Shown here: piece after piece, positions 51,701 to 63,225 of the stretch
Position numbering within the stretch: position 1 is the first letter of the stretch
Layout: every line of letters begins with the position of its first letter
Translations under genes and position numbers: made by a program
The notes under the pieces: generated by a model
Database searches by the model: none
What the model was told of the DNA's origin: nothing
What the model saw: only the letters and a program-made list of their open reading frames with translations
From: an uncultured Microthrixaceae bacterium
Lineage (GTDB): Bacteria; Actinomycetota; Acidimicrobiia; Acidimicrobiales; DATDAH01
Direction of reading: 5' to 3'
Assembly: GCA_963748285.1 (NCBI GenBank)
Contig: CAVVIF010000009.1
Span: 1,171,217 to 1,235,216 of the forward strand
Length of the DNA stretch: 64,000 bases

Positions 51701-53029
51701 CTACCCCCCTACCCCCGCGACGACCTCGACCGCGGCGACGAGGCGGGCGGCCGCCCGGTCCGCCGTGCCGTCGTCCTCCGCCTCCACCATCACCCGGATC
51801 AGGGGCTCGGTGCCGCTGGGCCGGATGAGCACGCGGCCGCGGTCCCCCAGCTCGGCCTCGACCTCGGTGATGCTCGCCGCGATCAGCGACGCGATGTCGG
51901 GGCGACGCTCGGCCACCCGGACGTTGACCAGGACCTGCGGCAGCGAGGTCATGACCGCGGCGGCCTCGGCCAGGGTCTGCCCGGCGCCTCGGACCGCGGC
52001 CAGCACCTGCACCCCCGTGAGCAGCCCGTCACCGGTCGTGGCCAGGTCGGGGAAGATCACGTGACCGGACTGTTCTCCTCCCAGCGACCAGCCGCCCCGG
52101 GCCAGTGCCTCCAGGACGTACCGGTCACCGACCGCAGTCTCCTCGACCCGGATGCCGTTGGCCTCCATGGCGAGACGGAAGCCGAGGTTGGTCATGACCG
52201 TGACCACCACGGTGTCGTCGACCAGGACGCCGCGTCGGTGCCGGTCCAGCGCACAGATGGCGATGAGGTGGTCACCGTCGACCGTCGCCCCGGTGTGGTC
52301 CACGCCGAGCACCCGGTCGGCGTCACCGTCGAAGGCGAGACCGGCGTCGGCGCCGGCCGCGACGACCCGGGCCTGGAGGTCGGCGGGATGGGTCGAACCG
52401 CAGGCGGCGTTGATGTTGGTGCCGTCCGGCGAGGCGTGGATCACCTCCACCGTCGCCCCCAGCCGCTCCAGGGCGGGCGGCGCCCAGGCCGACGCCGCCC
52501 CGTTGGCGCAGTCGACGACGAGGTGGAGCCCGGCCAGGGCCTGGTCGGGCACCGAGGCGACCACGGCGTCGACCCAGGCGGCGCCGACCGCCGGATCCTC
52601 CTCGCCGCCCGCCACGGCCTCGATCGTGCTCGCCTCGTGGAGGATGCGGTCCAGCTCGGCCTCCAGGGCCTCCTCGACCTCGTCGGACAGCTTGCGGCCA
52701 CCGGGCGCGAAGAACTTGATGCCGTTGTCCCCGTAGGCGTTGTGGGAGGCCGAGATCATGGCGCCGGTCACGGCGCGGACGGCCGAGGCGTGGGCCACCG
52801 CCGGGGTGGGCACGACGCCCACGTTGTCCACCGCCAGCCCCTCAGCCACCAGGCCGGCGGCCAGGTCGGCCTCGAGACGGGGCCCGGAGGCCCGCGTGTC
52901 CCGGCCGATCACGACCGGCCCCGCCCCCAGGACCCGCGCCGCGGCGCGCCCGAGGGCGGTGACCAGTTCCGGGGTCAGCTCGGTGTCGGCGTGGCCCCGG
53001 ACACCATCGGTGCCGAACCGGAGCGTCAC
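51701..53029 (-). CDS. glmM: Phosphoglucosamine mutase
   Basis: FGTDGVRG, ISASHN, DGDADR, GGEQSGH, RPSGTEP. Confidence 0.97.
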   Translation of the reverse strand: MTLRFGTDGVRGHADTELTPELVTALGRAAARVLGAGPVVIGRDTRASGPRLEADLAAGLVAEGLAVDNVGVVPTPAVAHASAVRAVTGAMISASHNAYGDNGIKFFAPGGRKLSDEVEEALEAELDRILHEASTIEAVAGGEEDPAVGAAWVDAVVASVPDQALAGLHLVVDCANGAASAWAPPALERLGATVEVIHASPDGTNINAACGSTHPADLQARVVAAGADAGLAFDGDADRVLGVDHTGATVDGDHLIAICALDRHRRGVLVDDTVVVTVMTNLGFRLAMEANGIRVEETAVGDRYVLEALARGGWSLGGEQSGHVIFPDLATTGDGLLTGVQVLAAVRGAGQTLAEAAAVMTSLPQVLVNVRVAERRPDIASLIAASITEVEAELGDRGRVLIRPSGTEPLIRVMVEAEDDGTADRAAARLVAAVEVVAGVGG

Positions 53030-53036
53030 CCCGCGT

Positions 53037-53429
53037 CTACCGCTTGGAGTACTGCGGAGCCTTCCGGGCCTTCTTGAGCCCGTACTTCTTGGACTCCTTC
53101 TTGCGCGGGTCGCGGGTGAGCATGCCCTCGGCCTTGAGGCCGGCCCGCTCGTCGGGGTGCAGCTCGATCAGGCCCCGGGCGATGCCGAGGCGCAGGGCAC
53201 CGGACTGGCCGCTGAAGCCGCCGCCGTGGATCGTGGCGTCGATGTCGTAGCTCTCCTCGACCGTCACCGACCGCAGGGGCTCGGTGGCGTGCATGACCTG
53301 GCTCTCGGACGGGAAGTAGTCCGAGACGGCCTTCTTGTTGACGGTCACCACGCCGGTGCCGGGATGGACCCGGACACGGGCGATGGACCGCTTGCGGCGG
53401 CCGGTGGCCTGGACGAGGGGCTTGGGCAT
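53037..53429 (-). CDS. rpsI: 30S ribosomal protein S9
   Basis: TGRRK, GGGFSGQSGA, KKYGLKKARKAPQYSKR. Confidence 0.98.
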   Translation of the reverse strand: MPKPLVQATGRRKRSIARVRVHPGTGVVTVNKKAVSDYFPSESQVMHATEPLRSVTVEESYDIDATIHGGGFSGQSGALRLGIARGLIELHPDERAGLKAEGMLTRDPRKKESKKYGLKKARKAPQYSKR

Positions 53430-53457
53430 CGGTACGGGGATCCTTCTCGGTGAGCGT

Positions 53458-53913
53458 TCAGTCGTTGGAGCGGGCCCGGGCGTCGGGCAGCTCCAGCGGG
53501 GCGGGGTTCTGGGCCCCGTGCGGATGGGTCGGGCCGGCGTAGACCTTGAGCTTGGTGGCCATCTGGGCGCCCAGGCGGTTGTGGGGCAGCATGCCGACGA
53601 TGGACTGGCGCACGGCCTCGGCGGCATCGCGCTCGAGGGCCTCGGCGTAGGTCCGGGACTTCAGGCCACCGGGGTAGCCGGAGTGGCGGTACAGGATCTT
53701 GCGGTCGGCCTTGCCGGCGGTGAGGACGATCTTGCTGGCGTTGACCACCACGACGTGGTCACCGGTGTCCAGGTTCGGGGTGAACATGGCCTTGTGCTTG
53801 CCGCGCAGGAGCCGGGCGACCTCGGTGGCCATCCGGCCGAGGACCAGGCCGTCGGCGTCGACGAGGTGCCAGGACCGCTCGATCTCGCTGGCTTTCGGGG
53901 TGTACGTGGGCAC
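53458..53913 (-). CDS. rplM: 50S ribosomal protein L13
   Basis: WHLVDA, LRGKHK, DTGDHVVVVNA, HSGYPGG, GMLP. Confidence 0.98.
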   Translation of the reverse strand: MPTYTPKASEIERSWHLVDADGLVLGRMATEVARLLRGKHKAMFTPNLDTGDHVVVVNASKIVLTAGKADRKILYRHSGYPGGLKSRTYAEALERDAAEAVRQSIVGMLPHNRLGAQMATKLKVYAGPTHPHGAQNPAPLELPDARARSND

Positions 53914-54101
53914 GGGCATACCTGTCGTCGAACGTCGGGACTCGGGCGCGACGGGCGAAGCAAGGCCCGCGGGAGCGCCCGACAACGATACGAGCGCCCC
54001 TCGTCGGCGGCAACCCCGGTCGTGCCTGTCCAGGTGCCCCCATGTCGAAATTGCGCGAGTTGGTCACCCCTGGTGTGACCGACCAACGCAGATTCGGATC
54101 G

Positions 54102-54659
54102 TCAGAGGTTCGTGGCGATCAGGACCAGGCCGAAGACGGCGAAGAGGACGGCGGAGCCGATGCGGGTGGCCCGTTCGGGGAGGCGGGCGCCGAAGGCCCG
54201 GCCGACGAGGACCCCGAGGCTGCCGCTGAGGATGATGCCGATCGTGGCCCCGATCCACACCAGCACCGGATCGCCCTGGGCGGCCAGGGTGGCGGTCGCC
54301 AGCATCGTCTTGTCCCCCAGCTCGGCGACGAACATGGCCACGGCGACGGTCAGGAACACGGACCGGTCACCGACCTCCGGGGCCTCGTCGTCGTCCTCGT
54401 CGCCCGAGGTCAGCGTCCACACGGCGAAGCCGAGGAACAGCACGCCACCCCCGAGCCCGATGGCCCGGGTCGGCAACGCCGCACCCAGCAGGCCGCCGAT
54501 GACGACCGAGATCAGGTTGGTGACGGCGTAGGCGGCGACCACCCCGGCCAGCACCGGGGCCAACCGGTACCGGGCACCGAACCCCAAGGCCACGAGCTGG
54601 GTCTTGTCGCCGAGCTCGGCGATGAACACGAGGCCGAGCGCGGCGAGGAGGGACTCCAC
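54102..54659 (-). CDS. TMEM165/GDT1 (UPF0016) family protein
   Basis: Two ELGDKT motifs. Confidence 0.93.
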   Translation of the reverse strand: MESLLAALGLVFIAELGDKTQLVALGFGARYRLAPVLAGVVAAYAVTNLISVVIGGLLGAALPTRAIGLGGGVLFLGFAVWTLTSGDEDDDEAPEVGDRSVFLTVAVAMFVAELGDKTMLATATLAAQGDPVLVWIGATIGIILSGSLGVLVGRAFGARLPERATRIGSAVLFAVFGLVLIATNL

Positions 54660-54662
54660 CGG

Positions 54663-55475
54663 TCAGTACGTCACAGACCAGAGGCAGAGGCCCTGGGGGG
54701 GCGCCGGTGACGGCACGACCTGGCGGTCCCGCGCCCGGATGATGCCGAGGACGTCGCCGGCCCGGGAACGGCCCCGGCCGACGTCGACCAGCAGGCCGAC
54801 CACCGAACGCACCATCTGGTGGCAGAAGGCGTTGGCGGTGATCTCGAAGCGCAGGAGGCCCTCGCCCGACTCGGACCACCGGGCGTCGGTGACCCGCCGG
54901 GTGAGCGACGCCGGCCCCTGGCCCTCGGCCACCTTCGGGCGGCGACAGAAGCTGGAGAAGTCGTGGGAGCCGATCAGGGGGTCACAGGCCAGCGTCATGG
55001 CCCGCCGATCCAGGGCCTGGGGGACGTGCCAGGTCGTGGCGTGCAGGAACGGGTCGGGGAACGTCCGGTTGAGGACCGTGTAGCGGTAGGTACGGGCCAT
55101 GGCCGACCCCCGGGCGTCGAACTCCGGGGCGACCTCGGCGGCCTCCCGGATGACCACGGCGGGCCCACACAGCTTGTTGACCGAGACCTGCAGTCGCTCC
55201 AGGTCGAGGCCGTGGCCGGGGGCGTCGAAGGTCACCACCTGGCCCCAGGCGTGCACCCCGGCGTCGGTCCGCCCGGCGCAGGTCATCTCGATGGAGGCGC
55301 CCAGCACCTGCTCGAGCGCGGCACCGAGGGTCCCCCCGACGGTGGTGACGCCCTCGTTGGGCCAGAACCCGTGGAACCCCGAGCCGTCATAGGCGACGAG
55401 CAGTCGCACCCGGGTGGCGTCGACCTCCAAGCGGGCGTCGCCGGCCTCCGCCGGTGACACGTCGAACAGGCTCAC
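54663..55475 (-). CDS. truA: tRNA pseudouridine(38-40) synthase
   Basis: AYDGSGF, AGRTDAGVHA, HDFSSF, FCHQMVR, APPQGL. Confidence 0.96.
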   Translation of the reverse strand: MSLFDVSPAEAGDARLEVDATRVRLLVAYDGSGFHGFWPNEGVTTVGGTLGAALEQVLGASIEMTCAGRTDAGVHAWGQVVTFDAPGHGLDLERLQVSVNKLCGPAVVIREAAEVAPEFDARGSAMARTYRYTVLNRTFPDPFLHATTWHVPQALDRRAMTLACDPLIGSHDFSSFCRRPKVAEGQGPASLTRRVTDARWSESGEGLLRFEITANAFCHQMVRSVVGLLVDVGRGRSRAGDVLGIIRARDRQVVPSPAPPQGLCLWSVTY

Positions 55476-55556
55476 GGGGGCAAGGTACCCGCGGCCTTCG
55501 GCGGGTCGCAGGCCGGCCCGGGGCGGTCCGGTGGACCGCGACCAGGTCGTCGGCCG

Positions 55557-56849
55557 CTAGCTCGGCGCGTCCGCGGGGGCGGCGGCGGACGAGAGGTGAC
55601 GCTTCGTCGCGAGGTCGAGCCCGACGCTGAGGAGCGTGATGACCACGATCGCGACCGCCGTCCCCGGTTCGTCCACCAGGGTCGTCAGCGCGAACGCGAC
55701 CAACACCACAACCGTGGAACCGATCGCCGTCAGCAGGACGGCGAGGTTGGCGCCGGTCTCCCTGCGGGCCCGGACATGGGCCACCGAGACGAGCGTGAAG
55801 ACCATCAGGGCGATCGCGCTGCCGATCGAGGCGATCGAGCTGAGGTCGAAGAAGACGGCGAGCACGATCGCGATCACGGCGCTCAGGAGGAGGCCGGCCG
55901 GCGCCCGGCCGGCGAACCGACGGCCGAGGATGGCCGGGAACTGGGCCTGGCCGACCATGTGCTCGCAGAGACCCGCCGCCGGGTACAAGCCGGCGTTCGT
56001 CGCCCCCGCCGTGGCGAACAGACCGGTGACCGTCATCAACCAGTAGCCGGCCCGACCGAGCGTCGGTTCGGCCGCGACGGCCAGGGCCGTCGGCCCCGAG
56101 CTGATCACCTCGTCGACACTCAAGGTCCCGAACACCCCGAGGGCCACGGCGACATAGATGACGGTGGCGATCCCCAGGGCGAGGTACATCGCCCTCGGTA
56201 GCTGGCGAGCGGGGTCCGGGAGGTCCTTCGCCGTGAAGGTCACGACCCCGAAGCCCAGGAAGGCGAAGAAGGTCAGGGCGACCCCCGACACGATGTCGGC
56301 GAAGTCCGGGTAGCCGGAGGGGTCCAGCAGGTCGGGGTCCAGGTTGGCCAGGGTGCTGATCGCGAACAGCGTGAGGATCCCCAGCACCACGTAGACGATC
56401 ACCGTCTGCGCCTTGGCCACCGCCTGGGAGCCGACGATGTTCAGCGCCGTCATGGCCACCACCAGGAGGACGGCGAAGGGGGCCACCCAGCTGTCGTCGC
56501 CGTCGGTGAACGCCGAGGACGCGTAGCTGCCGAACGACACGGCCACCATCGCGGTGACGATGGCGTTGGCGGCCAGCAGCAGCCACGCGACGATCCCGAC
56601 GAGGTGGCCGTTGCCGAACCCCCGGGCCACGTACTCGAGGAGGCCGCCCGCGGTCGGGAAGCGGGCGCCGAACTTGGCGAACGAGTAGCCCTGGAGGATC
56701 GCGACGATGCCCGCGATCAGGAACGACAGCCACACCGCCGCACCCGCCACCTCCCCCGCGGCCCCGAGCAACGAGAAGATGCCGGCGCCGACCATGGCGC
56801 CGACGCCGATGAACGCAGCCTGGCGGGTCGTCAGCGATGCTTCAGCCAT
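55557..56849 (-). CDS. APC family amino acid permease
   Basis: GAMVGAGIF, FFAFLGF, about 12 TMs. Confidence 0.9.
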   Translation of the reverse strand: MAEASLTTRQAAFIGVGAMVGAGIFSLLGAAGEVAGAAVWLSFLIAGIVAILQGYSFAKFGARFPTAGGLLEYVARGFGNGHLVGIVAWLLLAANAIVTAMVAVSFGSYASSAFTDGDDSWVAPFAVLLVVAMTALNIVGSQAVAKAQTVIVYVVLGILTLFAISTLANLDPDLLDPSGYPDFADIVSGVALTFFAFLGFGVVTFTAKDLPDPARQLPRAMYLALGIATVIYVAVALGVFGTLSVDEVISSGPTALAVAAEPTLGRAGYWLMTVTGLFATAGATNAGLYPAAGLCEHMVGQAQFPAILGRRFAGRAPAGLLLSAVIAIVLAVFFDLSSIASIGSAIALMVFTLVSVAHVRARRETGANLAVLLTAIGSTVVVLVAFALTTLVDEPGTAVAIVVITLLSVGLDLATKRHLSSAAAPADAPS

Positions 56850-58326
56850 CGGGGGCGGCCCCGTCGGGCAGGCGTTCGACGCGGAACCCGGTGATCGCGT
56901 ACCCCACGGCGACCAGCGGGTTCAGGATGTTGAAGAGGGCCCACGGCGCGTACGACACGGTCGGGACGCCGAGCACCCCCGACATGTACGCACCGCAGCT
57001 GTTCCACGGGACCAGCGGCGAGGTCACGGTGCCCGTGTCCTCGACGGTGCGCGAGAGCATCCGCGGCGCGAGTCCCCGCGTCGCGAACTCGACCCGGAAG
57101 ATCCGGCTGGGCATGACGACGGCGATGTACTGGTCGCCGGCGAGGACGTTGAGCCCGATCGCCGTCGCCGCCACGGTGAGGATCAGCTGCGTCGCCGAAC
57201 GGGCTCGCGCCACGACCGGGCGGATGAGGCGGTCGAGGAAGCCGGCCTGCTCCATGACCGCGGCGAAGCTCAGCGCCCCGAGGATGAGCCAGACGGTGGT
57301 CAGCATGCTGGACATGCCGCCACGGGAGAACAGGCTGTCGATGGCCTCATTGCCGCTGCTGGACACGAAGCCGGTCGCCATGGCGGCGTAGATCGCTTCG
57401 ATGGCCGTCCGGAAGTAGTTCTGATCCGGCTCGTCGACGAAGGCCCGGACGACATCGGGCTGGGTGAACGCCGCGAGCACACCCGAGAACAGCGCGACAC
57501 CGAGGATCGAGAGGAACGCCGGTAGCCGGCGCAGTGCCACCACGATCAGCAGGACCAACGGCAGCAGGTTGAGGGCGTTGATGCTGAAGACCGATTCGAT
57601 CGCCGCCCGCGCCTGGTCCACGGCTGCCACTGACGACCCCGACGCGTCCTCGTTGAGCCCGACGACGAGGAACGCGACCAACGAGACGCCGAACGCGGGG
57701 ATCACGGTCCAGGCCATCCCCCGGATGTGCTCGTTCGTGGTCACCCCACCGACGAGGCTCGGCACCAGGATCGTCGTCTCCGAGAGGAACGACATCTTGT
57801 CACCGCAGTAGGCGCCGGACACGACCGCCCCGGCGGCGATGGTCTCCGACACGCCGAGGATGGGCGCCATCCCGACGAAGGCCACGCCCAGGGTCCCCGC
57901 GGTCGTCCACGAGCTCCCGGTGATCGAGCCGATGAGGGCGCAGATGATGGCGACGGCCAGGAAGAAGATCGACGGGCGCAGCACCTCGATCCCGTAGGAG
58001 ACGACGGTGGGGATCGTGCCCGACAGGTTCCAGGTCCCGATCAGGGCGCCGACGGCGAGCAGGATGAAGATCGCCGACATCGCCGAGCTCACTCCCTCGA
58101 CGGCGGCGTCCCGCAGCGAGTCGAAGGTGTGCCCGTTCTTCGCGGCGACGAGCGCGGCGAAGCCACCGCTGAGGAACAGTGCGACCTGGAGCGGGCCGTC
58201 GGTGGCGCCGACCCCGAAGAGGGTGAGGGTCAGCGCGAGGAGGATGACGAGGACGATGACCGGGAGGACGGCGTCGAGGAGCGTGGGCTCCCGCGGCACC
58301 CTCCCGCCAGTGTCCACCTCAGGCAA
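56842..58326 (-). CDS. NhaC family transporter
   Basis: [49 protein letters not shown]. Confidence 0.9.
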   Translation of the reverse strand: MPEVDTGGRVPREPTLLDAVLPVIVLVILLALTLTLFGVGATDGPLQVALFLSGGFAALVAAKNGHTFDSLRDAAVEGVSSAMSAIFILLAVGALIGTWNLSGTIPTVVSYGIEVLRPSIFFLAVAIICALIGSITGSSWTTAGTLGVAFVGMAPILGVSETIAAGAVVSGAYCGDKMSFLSETTILVPSLVGGVTTNEHIRGMAWTVIPAFGVSLVAFLVVGLNEDASGSSVAAVDQARAAIESVFSINALNLLPLVLLIVVALRRLPAFLSILGVALFSGVLAAFTQPDVVRAFVDEPDQNYFRTAIEAIYAAMATGFVSSSGNEAIDSLFSRGGMSSMLTTVWLILGALSFAAVMEQAGFLDRLIRPVVARARSATQLILTVAATAIGLNVLAGDQYIAVVMPSRIFRVEFATRGLAPRMLSRTVEDTGTVTSPLVPWNSCGAYMSGVLGVPTVSYAPWALFNILNPLVAVGYAITGFRVERLPDGAAPDG

Positions 58327-59320
58327 GCGTGGCGACGAGGATGGCCTTGATGGTGTGGAGGCGGTTCTCCGCCTGGTCGAACACGATCGACGCCGCCGAC
58401 TCGAACACGTCGCCCGTGACCTCGAGGCCCTGGGGCATGTCGGTCGCCTCCATCATCTCCTTGCCCACCACGGTGTTCGCGGCGTGGAAAGCGGGCAGGC
58501 AGTGCATGAACTTGACCTTGCGATTGCCGGTGGCGGCCAGGAGGTCGGCGTTGACCTGGTAGGGACGGAGCAGGTCGACGCGCGTCTGCCAGACGTCCTT
58601 GGCCTCACCCATCGAGACCCAGACGTCGGTGTGGACGAAGCCGACGCCCTCGACACCGGCCGCGACGTCGTCGGTGATGGTGATCCGGGCCCCGGTGCGG
58701 CCGGCGACCTCCTCCGCGGCGGCGACCACGTCGGCCGGCGGCGCCAGCTCGGGGGGGCCGACGAGGCGGACGTCGGCTCCCATGAGGGCCCCCATCACCA
58801 GCAGCGATCGGCCCATGTTGAAGCGGCAGTCACCGACGAAGGCGTAGGTGAGCTCGTCGTAGGGGAGGTTCGAGGCCTCGTGCATGGTGAGGAAGTCGGC
58901 GAGCATCTGGGTCGGGTGCCACTCGTCGGTCAGCCCGTTGTAGACGGGGACCCCCGAGTGCTCGGCGAGGGCCTCCACGTCGACCTGCCGGTTGCCGCGG
59001 TACTCGATGGCGTCGTACATGCGCCCGAGGACCCGGGCCGTGTCCGCCACCGACTCCTTGTGGCCCATCTGCGAGCCCGAGGGATCCAGGTACGTCACAT
59101 GGGCGCCCTGGTCGTAGGCCGCGACCTCGAAGGCCGACCGGGTCCGGGTGGAGGTCTTCTCGAAGATGAGGGCGATCTCCTTGCCCTCGAGGCGCCGGAC
59201 CTCGGTGCCGGCGTACTTCGCGGTCTTGAGCGCTTCGGACATCTTGAGGAGGTGGCGGAGCTCGACGGGCTGGAAGTCCAGCTCCTTGACGAAGCTGCGG
59301 TTCCGCAGGTTGTAGGACAT
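58319..59320 (-). CDS. arcB: Ornithine carbamoyltransferase (catabolic context)
   Basis: STRTR, HPTQ, DVWVSMG, HCLPAFH, DQAENR; downstream of arcA. Confidence 0.95.
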   Translation of the reverse strand: MSYNLRNRSFVKELDFQPVELRHLLKMSEALKTAKYAGTEVRRLEGKEIALIFEKTSTRTRSAFEVAAYDQGAHVTYLDPSGSQMGHKESVADTARVLGRMYDAIEYRGNRQVDVEALAEHSGVPVYNGLTDEWHPTQMLADFLTMHEASNLPYDELTYAFVGDCRFNMGRSLLVMGALMGADVRLVGPPELAPPADVVAAAEEVAGRTGARITITDDVAAGVEGVGFVHTDVWVSMGEAKDVWQTRVDLLRPYQVNADLLAATGNRKVKFMHCLPAFHAANTVVGKEMMEATDMPQGLEVTGDVFESAASIVFDQAENRLHTIKAILVATLA

Positions 59321-59336
59321 CGGGGTTCCTCGCTGG

Positions 59337-60557
59337 TCAGAACGCGGGTTCGCGCTCGATCGGACACGTCATGCAGTGGGAGCCGCCCCGGCCGCGGCCG
59401 AGCTCGGAACCGGCGATCGTAATGACCTCGATCCCGGCCTTGCGCAGGGCCGTGTTCGTACCCACGTTGCGCTCGTAGGCGACGACGACGCCAGGCTCGA
59501 GGGCCACGACGTTGTTGCCGTCGTCCCACTGCTCCCGCTCGGCCTCGAACTGGTCACCACCGGTCGGAACGATCCGGAGCTCGGGGAGACCCAGCGCGGC
59601 GGCCATCGCGTCGACCAGTGGCATGTCGAGCTCCTCGGTGATGAGATCACCTTCCTCGTCGCCGGGCCGGATGCTCCACGTGCGGGCCAGGTCCACCACC
59701 TGGGTGAACATCGTCACCAGGTCCCGGTCGCACATGGTCAACACCGTGTCGAGGTGCATGTAGCTGCGCGACTTCACCAGGTGGACGGCGAGCACCTGCG
59801 TGGCCGCGCCGGCCGCGAACAGGTTGCGGGCGATGATGAGCACGGACTGGGGCGTCGTTCGCTCCCCCATGCCGATCATGACGGTCCCGTTGCCGATGGG
59901 CTGCACGTCACCGCCCTCGACCGTGCAGTTGCCCCAGTCCTCCTCGACCCCGCCCAGCCAGATGGGGAACTCCTCCGCCTGGAACATCGGGTGGAAGCGG
60001 TAGATCGTCTCCATGATCACTGTCTCCGGACGGCGGGCCGGCTTGGCCATGGGGTTGATGGTGACCCCACCGAAGATCCAGCACGACGGATCGCGCTGGA
60101 AGAGGAAGTTCGGCAGCGGCGGCAGCAGCATCTCGGTCGGATCCATCGACTGCCACGCCAGCCCGAGGTCCTGGCTCACATCCTGGCGGGTGATGCCCCC
60201 GATGAGGAAGTCCGCCACCTGGACCGGCTCGGCCGTCTCCACCCACTCCCGGGCCCGGTCCGCGGCCGCGACCCCGACACTGCGCTCACCCAGCACCTGC
60301 GCCTCGATGAACGACTTCGCGTCGGGCTTGACCAACGCCTCGGCCAGCAGCGTCTCGGCGAGGAAGACCTCGACGCCGCGGTCCCGCATGACCTCGGCGA
60401 ACGCGTCGTGTTCCTCCTTGGCCCGCTTCACCCACAGCACGTCGTCGAACAAGAGGTCCGCGGCGTTCGACGGCGTCAGCCGGGTGTGCTCGAGGCCCGG
60501 CCGATGGACCAAGACCTTCTTCAGCTTGCCGACCTCGGAATGGGCACCGAGCGTCAT
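59337..60557 (-). CDS. arcA: Arginine deiminase
   Basis: [41 protein letters not shown]. Confidence 0.97.
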   Translation of the reverse strand: MTLGAHSEVGKLKKVLVHRPGLEHTRLTPSNAADLLFDDVLWVKRAKEEHDAFAEVMRDRGVEVFLAETLLAEALVKPDAKSFIEAQVLGERSVGVAAADRAREWVETAEPVQVADFLIGGITRQDVSQDLGLAWQSMDPTEMLLPPLPNFLFQRDPSCWIFGGVTINPMAKPARRPETVIMETIYRFHPMFQAEEFPIWLGGVEEDWGNCTVEGGDVQPIGNGTVMIGMGERTTPQSVLIIARNLFAAGAATQVLAVHLVKSRSYMHLDTVLTMCDRDLVTMFTQVVDLARTWSIRPGDEEGDLITEELDMPLVDAMAAALGLPELRIVPTGGDQFEAEREQWDDGNNVVALEPGVVVAYERNVGTNTALRKAGIEVITIAGSELGRGRGGSHCMTCPIEREPAF

Positions 60558-60587
60558 GACGCGCTCCTTTCAGGGGGTTGGGGGTTC

Positions 60588-61526
60588 TCAGTCTTCAAGG
60601 ACCAGGCCGTTCACGTCGGTGGCGATCCGGGTCCCGGCGGAGCCGGCCACGAGGCCCTCGATGTCCGCCAGCGTGCCGATGGCGGCCGCGTGGCCCGTCG
60701 AGCGGGCGAACTCCGACGCCGCCTCGACCTTGGGCAGCATCGAGCCCGCCGCGAACTCGTCGCGGTGCTCGTCCAGTGCGTCGGGGTGAGCCGCGACGAT
60801 CGCCCGCTGCTCCGCCGTCCCGAAGCCCAGGTACACCGAGGGGGTGTCGGTGGCCATCACGAGGACATCCGCGTCCACCTCGCGCGCCAGGAGGCCGCTG
60901 GCATGGTCCTTGTCGATGACGGCCTCGACGCCGACCAGCCGGCCGTCGGCCTCGTAGCGGGTCGGGATCCCGCCACCCCCGGCGCAGATGACCACACATT
61001 CGTGCTCGAGCAGCCAACGGATCTGGCGGATCTCGAAGATCCGCTTGGGGCGCGGTGACGGCACGACCCGCCGGTGGGCATCGCCGTCGGGTCGGAACGT
61101 CCAGCCCTGGGCCGCGGCGAGGGCTTCCGCCTCCTCGCTCGTGTAGACCGGCCCGATCGGCTTGATCGGGTCCGCGAACGCCGGATCCGCGGGGTCGACC
61201 TCGATCATCGTCAGCAGGGTGGCGAGGGGCTTGTCCCTGTCGAGGCGGTTGCCCAGCTCCTGCTCGACGAGATAGCCGATCATCCCCTGGGTCTCGGCGC
61301 CGAGCACGTCGAGGGGATAGTCGGCGACCTCCTCGTAGGCCGCCTCCTCCAGTGCCAGCAGCCCGATCTGGGGGCCGTTGCCGTGGGAGATGAGCAACTC
61401 GTGGTGCTCGGCCACCGGGGCGAGGTGGTCGCAGGCCACGGCGACGTTCTCCCGCTGGTTCTCGATGATCATGGGTTGACCCCGCCGCAACAGGGCGTTG
61501 CCCCCGAGGGCGACCACGACTCTCAT
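60588..61526 (-). CDS. arcC: Carbamate kinase
   Basis: [46 protein letters not shown]. Confidence 0.96.
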   Translation of the reverse strand: MRVVVALGGNALLRRGQPMIIENQRENVAVACDHLAPVAEHHELLISHGNGPQIGLLALEEAAYEEVADYPLDVLGAETQGMIGYLVEQELGNRLDRDKPLATLLTMIEVDPADPAFADPIKPIGPVYTSEEAEALAAAQGWTFRPDGDAHRRVVPSPRPKRIFEIRQIRWLLEHECVVICAGGGGIPTRYEADGRLVGVEAVIDKDHASGLLAREVDADVLVMATDTPSVYLGFGTAEQRAIVAAHPDALDEHRDEFAAGSMLPKVEAASEFARSTGHAAAIGTLADIEGLVAGSAGTRIATDVNGLVLED

Positions 61527-61533
61527 GGGCCGC

Positions 61534-63108
61534 TCACAGCACGCTGCCGACACCGACGAAGACGCAGAGCACGACGAACATCATCCCCAGGAAGGGGGCG
61601 ACGAAGCGCAGGTAGCGGTCGTACCGGACCTTGGCCAGCACGAGCCCACCCATGACCACGGCTGATGTGGGGGTCACGTAGTTCACGAAGCCGGACGCCG
61701 ACTGGTAGGCGGTCACCGCGATGGACCGCGGGACCTCAGCGAAGTCGGCGAGCGGGGCGAGGATGGGCATCACCAGCGCGGCGTGACCGGAGGACGAGGG
61801 CACGAGGAACGCGATCGGGATGTTCACGACGAACGAGAGGATCCCGAACCCGGCATCGGAGGAGTCCTGGACGAGCTCCTCCATCCAGTGCAGCACGGTG
61901 TCGGTCATGTAGGTGTTCTTCATGACGACGGTGATGCCGCGGGCGGCGACGATGACCAGCGCGGCGCCGAGGAAGTCCGACGCTCCCGACACGATCGTGT
62001 TGACCGTGCCCTCCTCGCCGAGCTTGTTGATCGCGCCGATGACGACGGCGGCGACGAGGAAGAGGACCGAGGCCTCGGTGAAGTAGAAGTTCCCGAAGGT
62101 GGGCAGCGGGAAGTCGGCGTCGAAGATCGTGTCCCAGACGTCGTTCCAGGGCACGAAGCCGTAGATGAGCGTCGCGAACGCCGCGAAGAAGACGACCAGG
62201 GTCACCTTCTGCCGGCCCGTGAGGGGCGGCACCTCTTCGATGTCGCCGACCGGGGAGGTCTCCGGCGGGAGCAGCGAGCGCGAGGGGTCCTTGCGGACGC
62301 GGGCGCCGTAGCGAAGGACGTACAGCGCGGCCAGCGGGACGAGCACGATGAACATCACCAGGCGCAGGCCGAGCCCGTCGCTGATGTCGATGCCGGCCGC
62401 GTCGGACGCCACGCCGGTCGCGAAGGGGTTCACGGTCGAGGCCAGCACGCCGGTCCCGGCGCCGAGGAAGATGATGGACACGGCGACCAGGCGGTCGTAG
62501 CCCAGGGCGAGGGTCAGCGGCACCATCAGCACGAAGAAGCCGAGCGTTTCCTCCCACATCCCGTAGGTCGTGCCCCCGAGGGCGAACACGCTCATGAGCA
62601 CGATCACCAGGAGCGCCGGCGTGTGCCGGAACCGCAGAGCGAGGCGACCGATGCCGGTCTGGATCGTCTCGGTCTTCATCGTGACCGTGATGAACGCGCC
62701 GACAGCGAGCACGAAGAAGAAGATCTGGGCCGAGCCGTACAGGAACCCGAGCTCGTCGGCCCCGACCTGGCCGTTCTCGACGTTCTCGATGCCGTAGAGG
62801 CCGTTGGGCGGGGCCCGCCACAGCAACCCGAACTGGGCGTCGAGCGAGTTGTCCTCACAGATCCGGCCGGGGTGCTCGGCATCGCACGGAGGCAGCTCGT
62901 GATAGGTCCCGGGGACGGGGCCACCGGTCTCGGGGTCGATCTCGTAGCGGCCGCCAGGGATGAAGAACGACGCGACCCAGACGCCCAGGAGCACCAACGC
63001 CAACACGGTCAGGGCCGTGGGGAACCTGATGCGCTTGGCCGTCTCGTCGCCGGTCGTGTCGTCGCCCCCCTCCGGGGGCGCCTCATCCACGCCCGTCACA
63101 TCATCCAT
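61534..63108 (-). CDS. YfcC/DcuC-type basic amino acid antiporter (ArcD-type)
   Basis: [30 protein letters not shown]...MPI.APL, PTS.VVM. Confidence 0.9.
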   Translation of the reverse strand: MDDVTGVDEAPPEGGDDTTGDETAKRIRFPTALTVLALVLLGVWVASFFIPGGRYEIDPETGGPVPGTYHELPPCDAEHPGRICEDNSLDAQFGLLWRAPPNGLYGIENVENGQVGADELGFLYGSAQIFFFVLAVGAFITVTMKTETIQTGIGRLALRFRHTPALLVIVLMSVFALGGTTYGMWEETLGFFVLMVPLTLALGYDRLVAVSIIFLGAGTGVLASTVNPFATGVASDAAGIDISDGLGLRLVMFIVLVPLAALYVLRYGARVRKDPSRSLLPPETSPVGDIEEVPPLTGRQKVTLVVFFAAFATLIYGFVPWNDVWDTIFDADFPLPTFGNFYFTEASVLFLVAAVVIGAINKLGEEGTVNTIVSGASDFLGAALVIVAARGITVVMKNTYMTDTVLHWMEELVQDSSDAGFGILSFVVNIPIAFLVPSSSGHAALVMPILAPLADFAEVPRSIAVTAYQSASGFVNYVTPTSAVVMGGLVLAKVRYDRYLRFVAPFLGMMFVVLCVFVGVGSVL

Positions 63109-63225
63109 GTCGCCCCCTCAGTGGTCATGGCAGATCCTCTCGGCGTACGACGTCACGCACCTGTCCACCGCGAAGGGCCGGTCAGACCCAGCGCGCGGCG
63201 ACCTCGACGTGCTAGACGCTTGCCC

